From NCBI GenBank assembly GCA_965206745.1, contig OZ242220.1, positions 256,001 through 320,000 of the forward strand: a DNA stretch of 64,000 nt, given 5' to 3'. Source of the stretch: Nitrosopumilus sp. (lineage in GTDB: Archaea > Thermoproteota > Nitrososphaeria > Nitrososphaerales > Nitrosopumilaceae). This document shows positions 1 to 9,993 of the stretch, one piece after another. Made by a program: the position numbers and the translations under genes. The stretch's first letter is position 1. Each line of letters begins with the position of its first letter. The notes under the pieces were generated by a model. It did no database searches and was not told the DNA's origin. It saw only the letters and a program-made list of their open reading frames with translations.

Positions 1-172
1 ATGATACAACTCCGCTTGCATCCTTGATTGCATCAAGATATTTTTTTCCTGCTGAACGTGAAGAGGCTGCAATTTGGGTGACCTCAAACCATGGATGGTC
101 ATTTAATGACTGGACAAATTCCTGGCCTACAGAACCGGTAACCCCAATTATTGCCACCCTTTTTTTACTCAT
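1..172 (-). CDS. asd: aspartate-semialdehyde dehydrogenase, N-terminal part (runs off window)
   Basis: Manual translation from ATG at 172: [45 protein letters not shown]; GxTGxVG Rossmann motif and HPWF/AASxRSAGKKY signature. Confidence 0.9.
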   Translation of the reverse strand, partial: MSKKRVAIIGVTGSVGQEFVQSLNDHPWFEVTQIAASSRSAGKKYLDAIKDASGVVS

Positions 173-256
173 ATTTTGATAATAGATCGCCCTCACCTAA
201 TAATCGTTTTCTGGAACTACCAAAACATACTAAATCGGCCAATCCTATCTGGAACT

Positions 257-1339
257 GTGAAAATACGGGCAAAATCCTCCATAATCAGACATGTGCCTGT
301 AGTCCATGGCGGAAGAAACTCCCTGCAGGGGACCGATCCGCAAGTCATTGACTTTAGCTCCAATGTATCGCCTCTTGGTACTCCCCTGGCAATAAAAAAA
401 ATTCTAAAGAAGAACATTGAAAATATACAGCACTATCCGGATCTGAATTCATCTGCAGTAATCTCAAGCCTGAAAAAATACACAAAGCTGGAAAAATCAA
501 ACCTCATAGTTGGGAATGGGGCAATTGAGATACTCTATAACTTTTGCTTTGCATTTTTAACCAAAAAAACCAGGGTGCTGATTCCGGTTCCCACTTTTCA
601 GGAATATGAAACAGCAGCCAAGCTACATGAGTGCCGAATCTCATATTTCAAAACTATGGACCTGGCTGAAAATCTTGATGTCTTTATCTCCAAGATACCA
701 AGGGATGGCTGCGTATTTGTCTGCAATCCCAACAATCCTACGGGACGGCTGCTCTCCAAAGGCCAGATGTTGCAGATAGTCCGAAGAGCAGAAGAACTAT
801 CCACAACTGTGTTTGTCGATGAGTGTTTCATTGAAATGGTTCCAGAATCAAACGAATCCGTAATATCGTATGTCAAGAAACATGCCAATCTCTTTGTCTT
901 GCGCTCGCTGACAAAGTCGTTTGCATTGCCGGGAATCCGCATCGGATATGCCGCAGCCTCCAAGGATGCAATTGAGATTCTGCGAAAAATAAAAATTCCA
1001 TGGAGTGTAAATTCACTGGCCCAGGATGCCGCAAACTGTGCGCTTGAAAACAGATCACATCTGACTAAATCAAACTCTGTAATCAGAAGGGAGCTGGATT
1101 ATCTAATAAACAATATCGGCAGGCTAGATGGATTTGACTGCATCAGCTCATCTACAAACTTTATCCTGTTAAAAACAACAAAAAACTCAACCCTGTTGCA
1201 AAAGAAACTGCTTGAGAAAAAAATCTTGATCAGGGACTGTAAGAATTTTAGGGGGCTAGACAACCACTATGTTCGAATAGCTGTAAGATCCCACAAAGAC
1301 AACTTAAAACTTGTCAGGGCCTTGGGGAAGATAAGATGA
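257..1339 (+). CDS. cobD: threonine-phosphate decarboxylase (class I/II PLP enzyme, cobalamin pathway)
   Basis: HGG...DFSSNVSPLG, CNPNNPTG, DECF, RSLTKSFALPGIRIGY; first gene of cob cluster; GTG at 257 preferred start. Confidence 0.85.
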   Translation: MKIRAKSSIIRHVPVVHGGRNSLQGTDPQVIDFSSNVSPLGTPLAIKKILKKNIENIQHYPDLNSSAVISSLKKYTKLEKSNLIVGNGAIEILYNFCFAFLTKKTRVLIPVPTFQEYETAAKLHECRISYFKTMDLAENLDVFISKIPRDGCVFVCNPNNPTGRLLSKGQMLQIVRRAEELSTTVFVDECFIEMVPESNESVISYVKKHANLFVLRSLTKSFALPGIRIGYAAASKDAIEILRKIKIPWSVNSLAQDAANCALENRSHLTKSNSVIRRELDYLINNIGRLDGFDCISSSTNFILLKTTKNSTLLQKKLLEKKILIRDCKNFRGLDNHYVRIAVRSHKDNLKLVRALGKIR

Positions 1340-2175
1340 AATCTTTGATGATTCAGGGGACATCATCCGGATCTGGAAAAACTACACTGGTGGCAGCCCT
1401 CTGCAGGATTTTTTCTGATAAGGGTTACAGCGTTGCCCCCTTCAAGTCCCAAAACATGTCCAATTTTGCATACGTTACGCCCGAATTTGAGATATCCCGC
1501 GCCCAGGCAGTTCAAGCTATTGCCTCACGATGCCAGATGACTCCCGACCTTAATCCGATTCTGCTAAAACCGGCGGGAAACTATAGCAGCATCGTATATC
1601 TCAACGGAAAACGGTACAAGAAGATGCATGCAAAAGAGTACTATGAAAAGTTTGTAAATAGCAAGGGCATTGACATTGCAGTCAAATCACTTCAAACGTT
1701 GCAGAGAAACCATGACTTGGTAATCCTGGAGGGCGCTGGTTCTCCTGCTGAAATTAATCTGCAAAAATTTGACATTGCAAACATGAGGATTGCCCAAAAG
1801 GCAAAAGCCGACGTGCTGCTGGTCTCAGATATTGACAAGGGCGGCGCCTTTGCAAGTCTGGTCGGGACCATGGCCTTGATTGAACGGAGACATCAAAAGC
1901 TTGTAAAGGGTTTTATCTTTAACAAGTTCAGGGGGGACCTGGATGTGCTAAAGCCCGGATTTCAAAAGCTCACAAATATTACAAAGATTCCTGTCATGGG
2001 GACAATCCCGCTGATCCCGCTGAGTCTGCCCGAGGAGGACTCTCTTAACTGTAATCCAAAAGACATGCGGTGGACCAAGAAAAATGTCTCAAAAATTGAT
2101 GGTGAATTAAACAAGCTGGCAGAGACTGTCAAGTCAAGCATTGATATAGAATCCGTTGAGATGATGCTGCAGTGA
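1336..2175 (+). CDS. cobQ: cobyric acid synthase, ATPase domain only (279 aa)
   Basis: MIQGTSSGSGKT, PFKSQNMS, NPILLKP, EGAGSPAEINL, NKFRGD, LPEEDS. Confidence 0.9.
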   Translation: MKSLMIQGTSSGSGKTTLVAALCRIFSDKGYSVAPFKSQNMSNFAYVTPEFEISRAQAVQAIASRCQMTPDLNPILLKPAGNYSSIVYLNGKRYKKMHAKEYYEKFVNSKGIDIAVKSLQTLQRNHDLVILEGAGSPAEINLQKFDIANMRIAQKAKADVLLVSDIDKGGAFASLVGTMALIERRHQKLVKGFIFNKFRGDLDVLKPGFQKLTNITKIPVMGTIPLIPLSLPEEDSLNCNPKDMRWTKKNVSKIDGELNKLAETVKSSIDIESVEMMLQ

Positions 2176-3215
2176 TCATTGAACCCTTACTTGCAATTGC
2201 CTTTGCCATTCTAATTGACTTAAAATTCGGGGATCCCAGAAACAAATATCATCCCACTGCCTGGATTGGGACCTTGATTGCAAAACTGGTGCCCGTGGTA
2301 AAAAGTGAACGTCCTGTGACTGAGAAATTCGGCGGCATCCTCATCGTTATCACTGCCTCTGGCTTTGCAATCCTGCTCCTCTTTGCATTCAATCTCGGAG
2401 CATCTCTGATCTACATACTGGGCGGCATTACCACAGAAGCTCTGGTGTCCCTTTTCATATCCAATTTCAAAACACCCATGGCAACAATTTACTATATCTC
2501 ACTGATAGCCTATGCAATTATTGGTGGATTGCTGCTGAAAACTACAATTGCAATTCATGGCATGGAAGAACATGCAAAATCCGTTTTGAAGGCATTGGAT
2601 GATGAAAATCTTGAGATGGCAAGAACCCGCCTCTCTATGATTGTCAAGCGAGATACCGCACATTTGGACAAAAATCATGTTATTTCAGGCGTGCTTGAGA
2701 GCATAAGTGAGAATACAGTCGATGGGATAACCGGACCGTTGTTCTACTATGCCATCTTTGGATTGCCTGGAGCGTTTGTCTATCGCGTGGTAAACACTGC
2801 TGACTCGATGATTGGATACAAGACTGATATTTTTAAAAATATTGGATGGTTTGCAGCAACCTGTGACAGCATCCTGAATTACATTCCATCTAGGCTGACA
2901 GGCTTGGTGATGATCATCTCGTCTGCCATTCTGCAAAAGAATTGGAGGGAGTCCTACAAAACAATGATCAGGGACGGCAAAAAACCCCAGAGTCTCAATG
3001 CCGGATATCCGATGGCTGCCTTGGCAGGAGCTCTGGAGATAAAGTTTGAAAAAATCAACCATTACGAGTTGGGTGATGGCAGAGCTACTCTTAGCAAGGA
3101 GCATGTCAGTTCGGCAATATCCATAATGAAACTCACTTTGGTACTCTTCTCTGGAATCGTTGCAGTCCCAATAATCTCTTTCTTGTCACTTGCAGGTTGG
3201 TGGTTGCATGTTTAA
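2172..3215 (+). CDS. cbiB: adenosylcobinamide-phosphate synthase (CbiB family)
   Basis: GDP..HP, ESISENTVDG, YRVVNTADSMIGY, LNYIPSRL, NAGYPMAALAGAL; hydrophobic. Confidence 0.9.
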   Translation: MIIEPLLAIAFAILIDLKFGDPRNKYHPTAWIGTLIAKLVPVVKSERPVTEKFGGILIVITASGFAILLLFAFNLGASLIYILGGITTEALVSLFISNFKTPMATIYYISLIAYAIIGGLLLKTTIAIHGMEEHAKSVLKALDDENLEMARTRLSMIVKRDTAHLDKNHVISGVLESISENTVDGITGPLFYYAIFGLPGAFVYRVVNTADSMIGYKTDIFKNIGWFAATCDSILNYIPSRLTGLVMIISSAILQKNWRESYKTMIRDGKKPQSLNAGYPMAALAGALEIKFEKINHYELGDGRATLSKEHVSSAISIMKLTLVLFSGIVAVPIISFLSLAGWWLHV

Positions 3216-3933
3216 GGAGATAGGATCTGTCTTTTCATTTCTGACGATTCTCCCCTCACCAAACGCGACGCTGGAGAATATTGCAAAATACATGTTCATG
3301 TTTCCCGTAGTTGGGATTGTCATTGGACTCTTGGTTGGCTCACTGGGCTTTGGACTGTCCTACTTTTTGGAGCCATTGCTGGTTAGCTTGCTAGTCGTTG
3401 CATCCATCGCAGTAATTACCGGAATACACCATACTGACGGTCTGGCCGACTTTGCAGACGGGTTGATGGTAAAGGGTTCAAAGGACAAGAAACTCAAAGC
3501 TATGAAGGATCTCTCCACTGGTTCGGCAGGCATTGTGGCAATTCTCTTGTACCTCATTGGCCTGATAGTTACAATCTCCCTTACCGGCGGCTTTGATTTA
3601 CTAAAGGCAATTCTGATCAGTGAGATTCTGGCAAAATTCTCGATGGTTTTGATGGCCAGCTTGGGCAAATCGGCCTCATTGGGCTCAAACTCGCCATTTG
3701 TCAAATTTATGAAGGACAAGAGAAAGATTTCTGCAGCATTTCTCATCATGATTGTTCCTGTAATTGTAATTGGTGAGACTACCGGGCTGATTATGCTTGG
3801 CGTAACCATTGCACTGACTCTGTTCCTCCTGACCTTCTCCACACGTAGTTTCGGCGGCATTACAGGAGATGTACTGGGAGCTACCAACGAACTGACAAGG
3901 CTGGCCTCTTTGATGGTGTTTGTCTCGGTATGA
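3208..3933 (+). CDS. cobS: adenosylcobinamide-GDP ribazoletransferase
   Basis: FLTILP, TGIHHTDGLADFADG, MKD..TG, FGGITGDVLGA. Confidence 0.92.
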   Translation: MFKEIGSVFSFLTILPSPNATLENIAKYMFMFPVVGIVIGLLVGSLGFGLSYFLEPLLVSLLVVASIAVITGIHHTDGLADFADGLMVKGSKDKKLKAMKDLSTGSAGIVAILLYLIGLIVTISLTGGFDLLKAILISEILAKFSMVLMASLGKSASLGSNSPFVKFMKDKRKISAAFLIMIVPVIVIGETTGLIMLGVTIALTLFLLTFSTRSFGGITGDVLGATNELTRLASLMVFVSV

Positions 3934-4514
3934 TTGGACTTGTTATGGCCGGAGGTAAAGGTACCCGGATGAATTTGGACGGTGAAAAGTTATTGCTCAA
4001 ATGCAAAAAACCCGTAATACTTGATGTGATCGATTCGCTAAAAAGTTCAAAGTCCTTCTCAAAGATACTGGCAGTTACCAGCTGTAATTCCCCCCAAACA
4101 AGAAAATTACTTGAAGAAAATAATGTCGAAATTTTTGACACCTCCGGTGCTGGCTATGTCGAGGATCTAAACGCAGCTCTGAGAACCATTGATGATCACG
4201 TCCTAGTTGTATCCGGTGATCTGCCATTGCTGGATAAGGAGATAATCCAGACCATAGTAAGCCGGTTTGATCCCGACAAAATCTGGACCAGCATCCTGGT
4301 CACTGACAAATTTTTGAGATCCATCGGCCTGAAATCCGACTACTCTGTTGATTTTGACGGCCAAAGGTGTCATTACTCTGGAGTATCCCTGGTCAACTCT
4401 GAGAAAGTTTCCTCGCTGGAGAACTTGACTGAAAATTATGTCGTAATTGACGACAAGAGAATTGCGTTTAATCTAAATTCTAAACAGGATTATGACTTAC
4501 TCGGCACTGCTTGA
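3930..4514 (+). CDS. cobY: GTP:adenosylcobinamide-phosphate guanylyltransferase (NTP transferase)
   Basis: MAGGKGTRM..EK, GYVEDL, GDLP, NLN; cob cluster context. Confidence 0.85.
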   Translation: MIGLVMAGGKGTRMNLDGEKLLLKCKKPVILDVIDSLKSSKSFSKILAVTSCNSPQTRKLLEENNVEIFDTSGAGYVEDLNAALRTIDDHVLVVSGDLPLLDKEIIQTIVSRFDPDKIWTSILVTDKFLRSIGLKSDYSVDFDGQRCHYSGVSLVNSEKVSSLENLTENYVVIDDKRIAFNLNSKQDYDLLGTA

Positions 4515-4694
4515 GATTTTGCCATTAATCTGGGCCTTTGATCCTGTTGGCTCTGAGATTGTGTTTCCACATGAGTTGCATGCGACATGTGTTGTTGCAT
4601 GCGAGTAAACTATCTGCATCTCGCCACATTCATTGCAGTTGACTTTTTGAAATTTACTAGACGGCTTTGGAATTTCAATGTGATCCTTCTTCAT
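4497..4694 (-). CDS. rps27e: 30S ribosomal protein S27e
   Basis: PSSKFQKVNCNEC...CNSCG...PTGSKA zinc ribbon. Confidence 0.95.
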   Translation of the reverse strand: MKKDHIEIPKPSSKFQKVNCNECGEMQIVYSHATTHVACNSCGNTISEPTGSKAQINGKISSSAE

Positions 4695-4972
4695 GCTGCT
4701 ATCAACTCAAATTTCTTAATTCTGACGCCTTTTTTATTGTATTTCTTTTTACAGACGGTACATGTCATGATGGGGGTGACTTTTTTCGTAACTTTGGCCG
4801 GTTTTGCTAATTTTGGGAATTTTTGTCCGCCATATCCCCTCTTGCGCTCTGCGTGCCTGCGTTCACCTGCAGCAGAACCCCGCCTCTTTCCAGCCTTGTA
4901 AATGGAGATCTTTTGTTCAGTATGCGTATTGCATTTTGCACAAAACTTTCTGATCACCTTGGGAATGTTCAT
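4691..4972 (-). CDS. rpl44e: 50S ribosomal protein L44e
   Basis: MNIPK..RKFCAKCNTHT, GYGGQKFP, KVTKK, CTVC. Confidence 0.95.
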   Translation of the reverse strand: MNIPKVIRKFCAKCNTHTEQKISIYKAGKRRGSAAGERRHAERKRGYGGQKFPKLAKPAKVTKKVTPIMTCTVCKKKYNKKGVRIKKFELIAA

Positions 4973-5042
4973 ATCCACAAAACCTCTTCAACCGTAATTT
5001 AAGCATTGAATCTATAATAGGCGCAAAACCCAATCAAAAGAA

Positions 5043-6806
5043 ATGACCCTGAGCCTAGCAAATTCGATATTGTCCCTAAACTCTGTAGCACTGGGTGAGA
5101 AGAACGCCGATCTGATATTGAAAGACTGCAACCTGTTATCTGTCTATACGCGGGAGATAGTCCCGCATATTCAGATTGCCATAATTAATGACAGAATTGC
5201 ATATGTCGGCCCTGATGCCTCCCATGCAGCCGGTCCTAAGACTGTCATAGTTGATCTCCGAGGAAAGTATGTCAGTCCTGGCTTTGCAGATCCGCATCTA
5301 CACATTGATCAGTTCGTGTTGCCATCTGAATTTGCAAAAAAGGCCCTACTCTGTGGTGTGACATCGCTGTTCTCTGATCCGATTGACATCGTAAGCGTGG
5401 CAGGATATCGCGGCTTTAAGGAATTCCTGAAACTTGGAGAGGGCCTGCCAATCCGAATCTTTCAGGTAGTTCCAGGAGGACTTCCGGTAGACCCAAAATT
5501 CAGCAACAGCAAATCATTATCACTATCACAGGAAAAATCTGCAATCAAACATCCTAATGTTCTTGGAATGGGGGAGGTCTTTTCATGGACCAAAGTTACT
5601 TCACGCGAACCAAAGACAATGAGATCACTTTCATCAATGCTGGAATGTGATTGCATAATTAACGGCCACACAGCTGGTGCAAGTGGGAAGAAACTCAACG
5701 CATATGTCTCATCCGGAGTCCTGTCCTGCCATGAACCTATCAACTTTGATCAGGTTCTAGAAAGACTGCGCCTTGGGATGTGGATAATGATCAGAGAGGG
5801 CTCGATTAGAAGGGACTTGAAGGAAATAATTCCACGTGTTTTATCCCATGGTACATATCGCAACCGCCTGATGTTCTGCTCAGACGGTCTTGATCCCCTT
5901 GATCTTTCTGAATTTGGTCATATAGATCACTGCATAAGGGAGTCAGTCAAGCTTGGTCTAAAGCCGATAGATGCAGTTACCATGGCATCAAAGAACAATT
6001 TTGACTATTACAACATGGGAAAGGATCTTGGAGGCATAGCTCCTGGAAAATTGGCAGACATTCTAGTCTTTGACGACTTGGAATCTTTCAAGCCAAACAA
6101 GGTCTTTGTCGGAGGCAAGCTGATAGTGTCTAATGGAAAGATGGTCGCCCCAATTAGGAAACAAATGATTCCGCAATGGATTAGGAAAACCGTAAAGCTA
6201 AAAAATTTCTCCAAAGATGATTTTGCCATAAAATCAAGAAAGAAGGATCCCACGGCAAATACCATCTACATGCAGACTGAAATAATTACAAAGATAGGCT
6301 CAGCTGATCTTCATTCTAAGGACGGTCATGTCTTGGCCTCGGCAGATTCTGATGTCTGGAAGGTTGCAGCTTTTGACAGAACTCACGGAACCGGCAGACA
6401 CTCTGTGGGATTCCTTGAAAATTTTGGCGCAGACATTGGCGCCTTTGCCTCTACATGGAGCTTCCATGAAAACGACATGATCGTGATCGGCTCAAATGAC
6501 TCGGATATGGCAACAGTAGCCAACCACCTCATCAAAAATCAGGGCGGTCTTGCCGTGGTCAAGTCCGGCAAGGTTGTCGCCTCCCTTCCTTTGCAGTTTG
6601 GTGGCATCCTCTCCACGGATTCCTTTGAAAAAGTCTCATCTAACTTTGAAAAAATCAATAACAGCATTGTGGATTCGGGTTCAAAATTTTCCAAACCGCA
6701 CTTGATCCCTCTGTTCTTACCTTTCTTGGCCCTGCCATCAGTTAGAATTCTTTCTGGCGGAATCGTTGATGTGAAAAAACGGAGCTACATATCCCCGATC
6801 TACTAA
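5043..6806 (+). CDS. ade: adenine deaminase
   Basis: PGFADPHLHI, DP, GH, CHE, REGS, CSDG, GGIAPGKLAD. Confidence 0.88.
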   Translation: MTLSLANSILSLNSVALGEKNADLILKDCNLLSVYTREIVPHIQIAIINDRIAYVGPDASHAAGPKTVIVDLRGKYVSPGFADPHLHIDQFVLPSEFAKKALLCGVTSLFSDPIDIVSVAGYRGFKEFLKLGEGLPIRIFQVVPGGLPVDPKFSNSKSLSLSQEKSAIKHPNVLGMGEVFSWTKVTSREPKTMRSLSSMLECDCIINGHTAGASGKKLNAYVSSGVLSCHEPINFDQVLERLRLGMWIMIREGSIRRDLKEIIPRVLSHGTYRNRLMFCSDGLDPLDLSEFGHIDHCIRESVKLGLKPIDAVTMASKNNFDYYNMGKDLGGIAPGKLADILVFDDLESFKPNKVFVGGKLIVSNGKMVAPIRKQMIPQWIRKTVKLKNFSKDDFAIKSRKKDPTANTIYMQTEIITKIGSADLHSKDGHVLASADSDVWKVAAFDRTHGTGRHSVGFLENFGADIGAFASTWSFHENDMIVIGSNDSDMATVANHLIKNQGGLAVVKSGKVVASLPLQFGGILSTDSFEKVSSNFEKINNSIVDSGSKFSKPHLIPLFLPFLALPSVRILSGGIVDVKKRSYISPIY

Positions 6807-6850
6807 GTAATGTTAAAAAGGGGGATTCTGTGGATTGAAGCTGAATCTAA

Positions 6851-8458
6851 ATGGCATCAATTCAACAAGGACCAAATGGACCTGTACTGGTTCTCAAAGA
6901 GAGTGCATTACAGCAGAAAGGCAAGGACGCTCAACAAAACAATATCGCAGCGGCAAAACTGGTTGCTCAACTAGTCAGAACCAGCCTTGGCCCTAGAGGC
7001 CTTGACAAGATGTTAGTTGATTCCTTAGGCGATGTAACTATTACAAATGACGGTGCAACCATTCTCAAGGAGATTGACGTTCAGCATCCGGCAGCCAAAA
7101 TGATGGTGGAGATTTCTAAAACTGTAGATAACGAGGTGGGAGACGGTACAACATCTTCTGTGATATTCGGTGGCGCGTTGCTGGCCAGAGCAGAAGATCT
7201 TCTCAACAAGGACGTGCATTCCTCAACCATCATTGATGGATACCAGGCAGCAGCTGACAAAACCCTTGAAATTTACTCTGACTTGGCAAAGAAGATACAG
7301 CCTGATGACAAGGCATCTCTATTAAAAATAGCCACAACCAGCATGCAGTCCAAACTGGTTTCTGAGGACAGCTCGCTGCTTTCCAAAATCATAGTCGACG
7401 CCATTCTTAGCATTGCAACAAAGAGGGGTGATGTTTATTCAGTCGACCTTGAAAACATCAAGGTGGAAAAAAAGGCAGGCGGCTCAATTGATGATACACA
7501 AATCGTAAAGGGAATTGTTTTGGATAAGGAGATTGTCCACAGCGGAATGCCTACAAAGATTGAGAATGCAAAGATTGCACTGCTTAACTCGGCATTGGAA
7601 ATTGAAAAGACAGAGCTGAGTGCGGAAATTAAAATTACAGACCCGACCCAGATGCAAATGTTCCTGGAGGAAGAGAACAGGATGCTAAAGTCAATGGTTG
7701 ACAAACTGCATGATGTGGGAGTCAACGTGCTGATCTGTCAAAAAGGAATAGATGATATTTCACAACACTATCTTGCAAAGTATGGCATCATGGCGGTGCG
7801 CCGTGTCAAAGAAAGCGACATGATCAAGCTTTCCAAGGCCACAGGCGGACGCGTGATTAGCAATCTTGATGATCTTTCAGAAAGTGATCTCGGAGCTGCA
7901 CAGATAGCACATCAAAAGAAAGTCGAGTCTGACAAATGGGTCTTCATTGAGGGATGCAAACATCCACAATCAGTTACAATGCTGATTCGCGGTGGAACTC
8001 AGAGGGTAATTGACGAGGTAGATCGTTCAATACATGATTCCCTGATGGTCGTAAAAGATGTAATTGAAAAGCCGGCAATTGTGGCAGGTGGCGGCGCCCC
8101 TGAGGCATTTGCAGCCTCACTTCTCAAAGATTGGGCAGATAATTTTGATGGAAGAGAGCAGCTTGCAATTAAGAAATATGCCGAGGCACTCGAGACTATC
8201 CCGCTTACCATTGCTGAAAACGCCGGAATGGATCCAATTGATACAATGGCCAATCTCAGGGCAAAGCAGAACCAAGGCCAAAGATGGACCGGCATTGATG
8301 CTAAAAACATGAAAATCACAGACATGATGGCAATCAATGTGGTAGAGCCAATCGTAGTCAAGGAGCAGATCATCAAATCTGCAACAGAGGCAGCATGCAT
8401 GATTCTTAGAATCGATGACGTCATTGCCATATCAGGCGCTCCAGCCGGCATGGGCTAA
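6851..8458 (+). CDS. ths: thermosome (group II chaperonin) subunit
   Basis: [34 protein letters not shown]. Confidence 0.97.
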   Translation: MASIQQGPNGPVLVLKESALQQKGKDAQQNNIAAAKLVAQLVRTSLGPRGLDKMLVDSLGDVTITNDGATILKEIDVQHPAAKMMVEISKTVDNEVGDGTTSSVIFGGALLARAEDLLNKDVHSSTIIDGYQAAADKTLEIYSDLAKKIQPDDKASLLKIATTSMQSKLVSEDSSLLSKIIVDAILSIATKRGDVYSVDLENIKVEKKAGGSIDDTQIVKGIVLDKEIVHSGMPTKIENAKIALLNSALEIEKTELSAEIKITDPTQMQMFLEEENRMLKSMVDKLHDVGVNVLICQKGIDDISQHYLAKYGIMAVRRVKESDMIKLSKATGGRVISNLDDLSESDLGAAQIAHQKKVESDKWVFIEGCKHPQSVTMLIRGGTQRVIDEVDRSIHDSLMVVKDVIEKPAIVAGGGAPEAFAASLLKDWADNFDGREQLAIKKYAEALETIPLTIAENAGMDPIDTMANLRAKQNQGQRWTGIDAKNMKITDMMAINVVEPIVVKEQIIKSATEAACMILRIDDVIAISGAPAGMG

Positions 8459-8498
8459 AATTTTCATCAAAGCTTAAGCGTTCTAACTTTCTAAGTAA

Positions 8499-9365
8499 TT
8501 GATGTACAAACTTGGTGTTGATTTGGGCGGCACAAAGACCGAAGCTGTTCTTTTAGATGAAAACTCTAATGTCATTGAAAGAAAACGAATCCCGACACCT
8601 CAAAATGACTATCAAAAAATTCTGGACTCTATCTCATCGCTTGTATTGGAGATATCCAAAGATATCTCTGATTTTTCATTGGGAATCTGCACGCCTGGTG
8701 CAATCTCCAAACAGACAGGACTGATCAAAAACAGCAATACGCGGTGCTTGATTGGAGAATCTCTAAGGGAGGACCTGGAGGAGAAGCTAGGGAAAAAAGT
8801 TTCCATGGAAAATGATGCCAACTGTTTTGCCATGGCTGAGGCGACATTGGGCGCTGCTGCCAGCTTTGATTTGGTATTTGGCGTCATACTTGGCACCGGC
8901 GTGGGTGGCGGGATAGTGATTAATAAAAAGCTCCATCAGGGAAGAACCAACATTGGTGGTGAATGGGGACACCATACGTTGCATCGGGATGGGAACTTGT
9001 GCTACTGTGGCAAAACCGGATGCGTAGAGACATACATCAGTGGCCCCTCCCTTGAAGGTCAGTGGACCAGACTGACAGGAAGGTCCCTGTCACTCCCGGA
9101 AATCCTCGATGATCTTCACAGTGTGGAGGGAAGAAGATGGAAGGATGAATTTCTGGAGAACTTTGGGTATGGTCTTGCAAACGTCATTGACATACTGGAT
9201 CCGGATGCAATTGTTCTCGGTGGCGGTCTGTCAAACATTGACTTTCTATACACAGAGGGAAAGGAATCTGTCTACAGTAAAGTATTTTCAGACTCTGTTG
9301 ATACGCCCATCTTGAAAAACAAGCTCGGGGATTCTGCGGGCGTTTTTGGCGCATGCATGCTCTAG
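8499..9365 (+). CDS. ROK family sugar kinase
   Basis: GVDLGGTK, ENDANC, LGTGVGGG, GEWGH, CYCGKTGCVE. Confidence 0.9.
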   Translation: MMYKLGVDLGGTKTEAVLLDENSNVIERKRIPTPQNDYQKILDSISSLVLEISKDISDFSLGICTPGAISKQTGLIKNSNTRCLIGESLREDLEEKLGKKVSMENDANCFAMAEATLGAAASFDLVFGVILGTGVGGGIVINKKLHQGRTNIGGEWGHHTLHRDGNLCYCGKTGCVETYISGPSLEGQWTRLTGRSLSLPEILDDLHSVEGRRWKDEFLENFGYGLANVIDILDPDAIVLGGGLSNIDFLYTEGKESVYSKVFSDSVDTPILKNKLGDSAGVFGACML

Positions 9366-9622
9366 TTCGGACACCCTTCCATTCTTGAAATGTAATACCC
9401 GTCAGTCATAATCTCGACCTCCATCTCCTCGGGAACTGACTGTGTGTGACAGAACTTGCACTCATTTGCAGTTATTGCCGATGTCTCCTCCCCGATTGAT
9501 TTTAGCCATTCCTTGGCAAATGAGACTGCCTTTGCTGTGTCCCTTGTGTCTGTAACGACATCAAAGTGCATCGTGTGGCCGTCCTTGGCCTTTACGTATG
9601 TGTCAAAGACATGAAAATCCAT
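9362..9622 (-). CDS. DUF2024-like protein
   Basis: VFDTYV..KDG..MHFDV, ECKFCH, MEGC motifs. Confidence 0.7.
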   Translation of the reverse strand: MDFHVFDTYVKAKDGHTMHFDVVTDTRDTAKAVSFAKEWLKSIGEETSAITANECKFCHTQSVPEEMEVEIMTDGYYISRMEGCPN

Positions 9623-9627
9623 ACTCA

Positions 9628-9993
9628 TCACAAGGAGTGCCTGCTTTTAATCGCCAGAATCTTTTCCACAACCACAGTTATCTCCGCATCCAGCTCAATG
9701 CTGATCAAGATTAGTCCCGCACCGCCGATTGGAATGGTTGCCCGAAAAATCTTCTCGTACTTTGCAAGTGCGTAAATCGGCTTTCCAATCTTGTCTGCAG
9801 TCTTTTTGCGTGTGGACCAGCGGTATACAGCCTGCGATAAGGACATCTCTGTCTCCTCTCTTGACAAGTGGCTTTTCAATCCTGGCCGCATCTTGTCATG
9901 CAGTTCCCCGAAATCATAGATTCCCACATATCTGATGCCCTTGTCGCATTCCATAATTTCATCACAAATTTTTTCATATTCCAATTTCATCAC
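9628..9993 (-). CDS. thaumarchaeal roadblock/profilin-like hypothetical protein
   Basis: CDEI...IRYVG...IGKPIYALAKYEK pattern common in AOA; co-oriented downstream of guaA. Confidence 0.65.
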   Translation of the reverse strand: MMKLEYEKICDEIMECDKGIRYVGIYDFGELHDKMRPGLKSHLSREETEMSLSQAVYRWSTRKKTADKIGKPIYALAKYEKIFRATIPIGGAGLILISIELDAEITVVVEKILAIKSRHSL

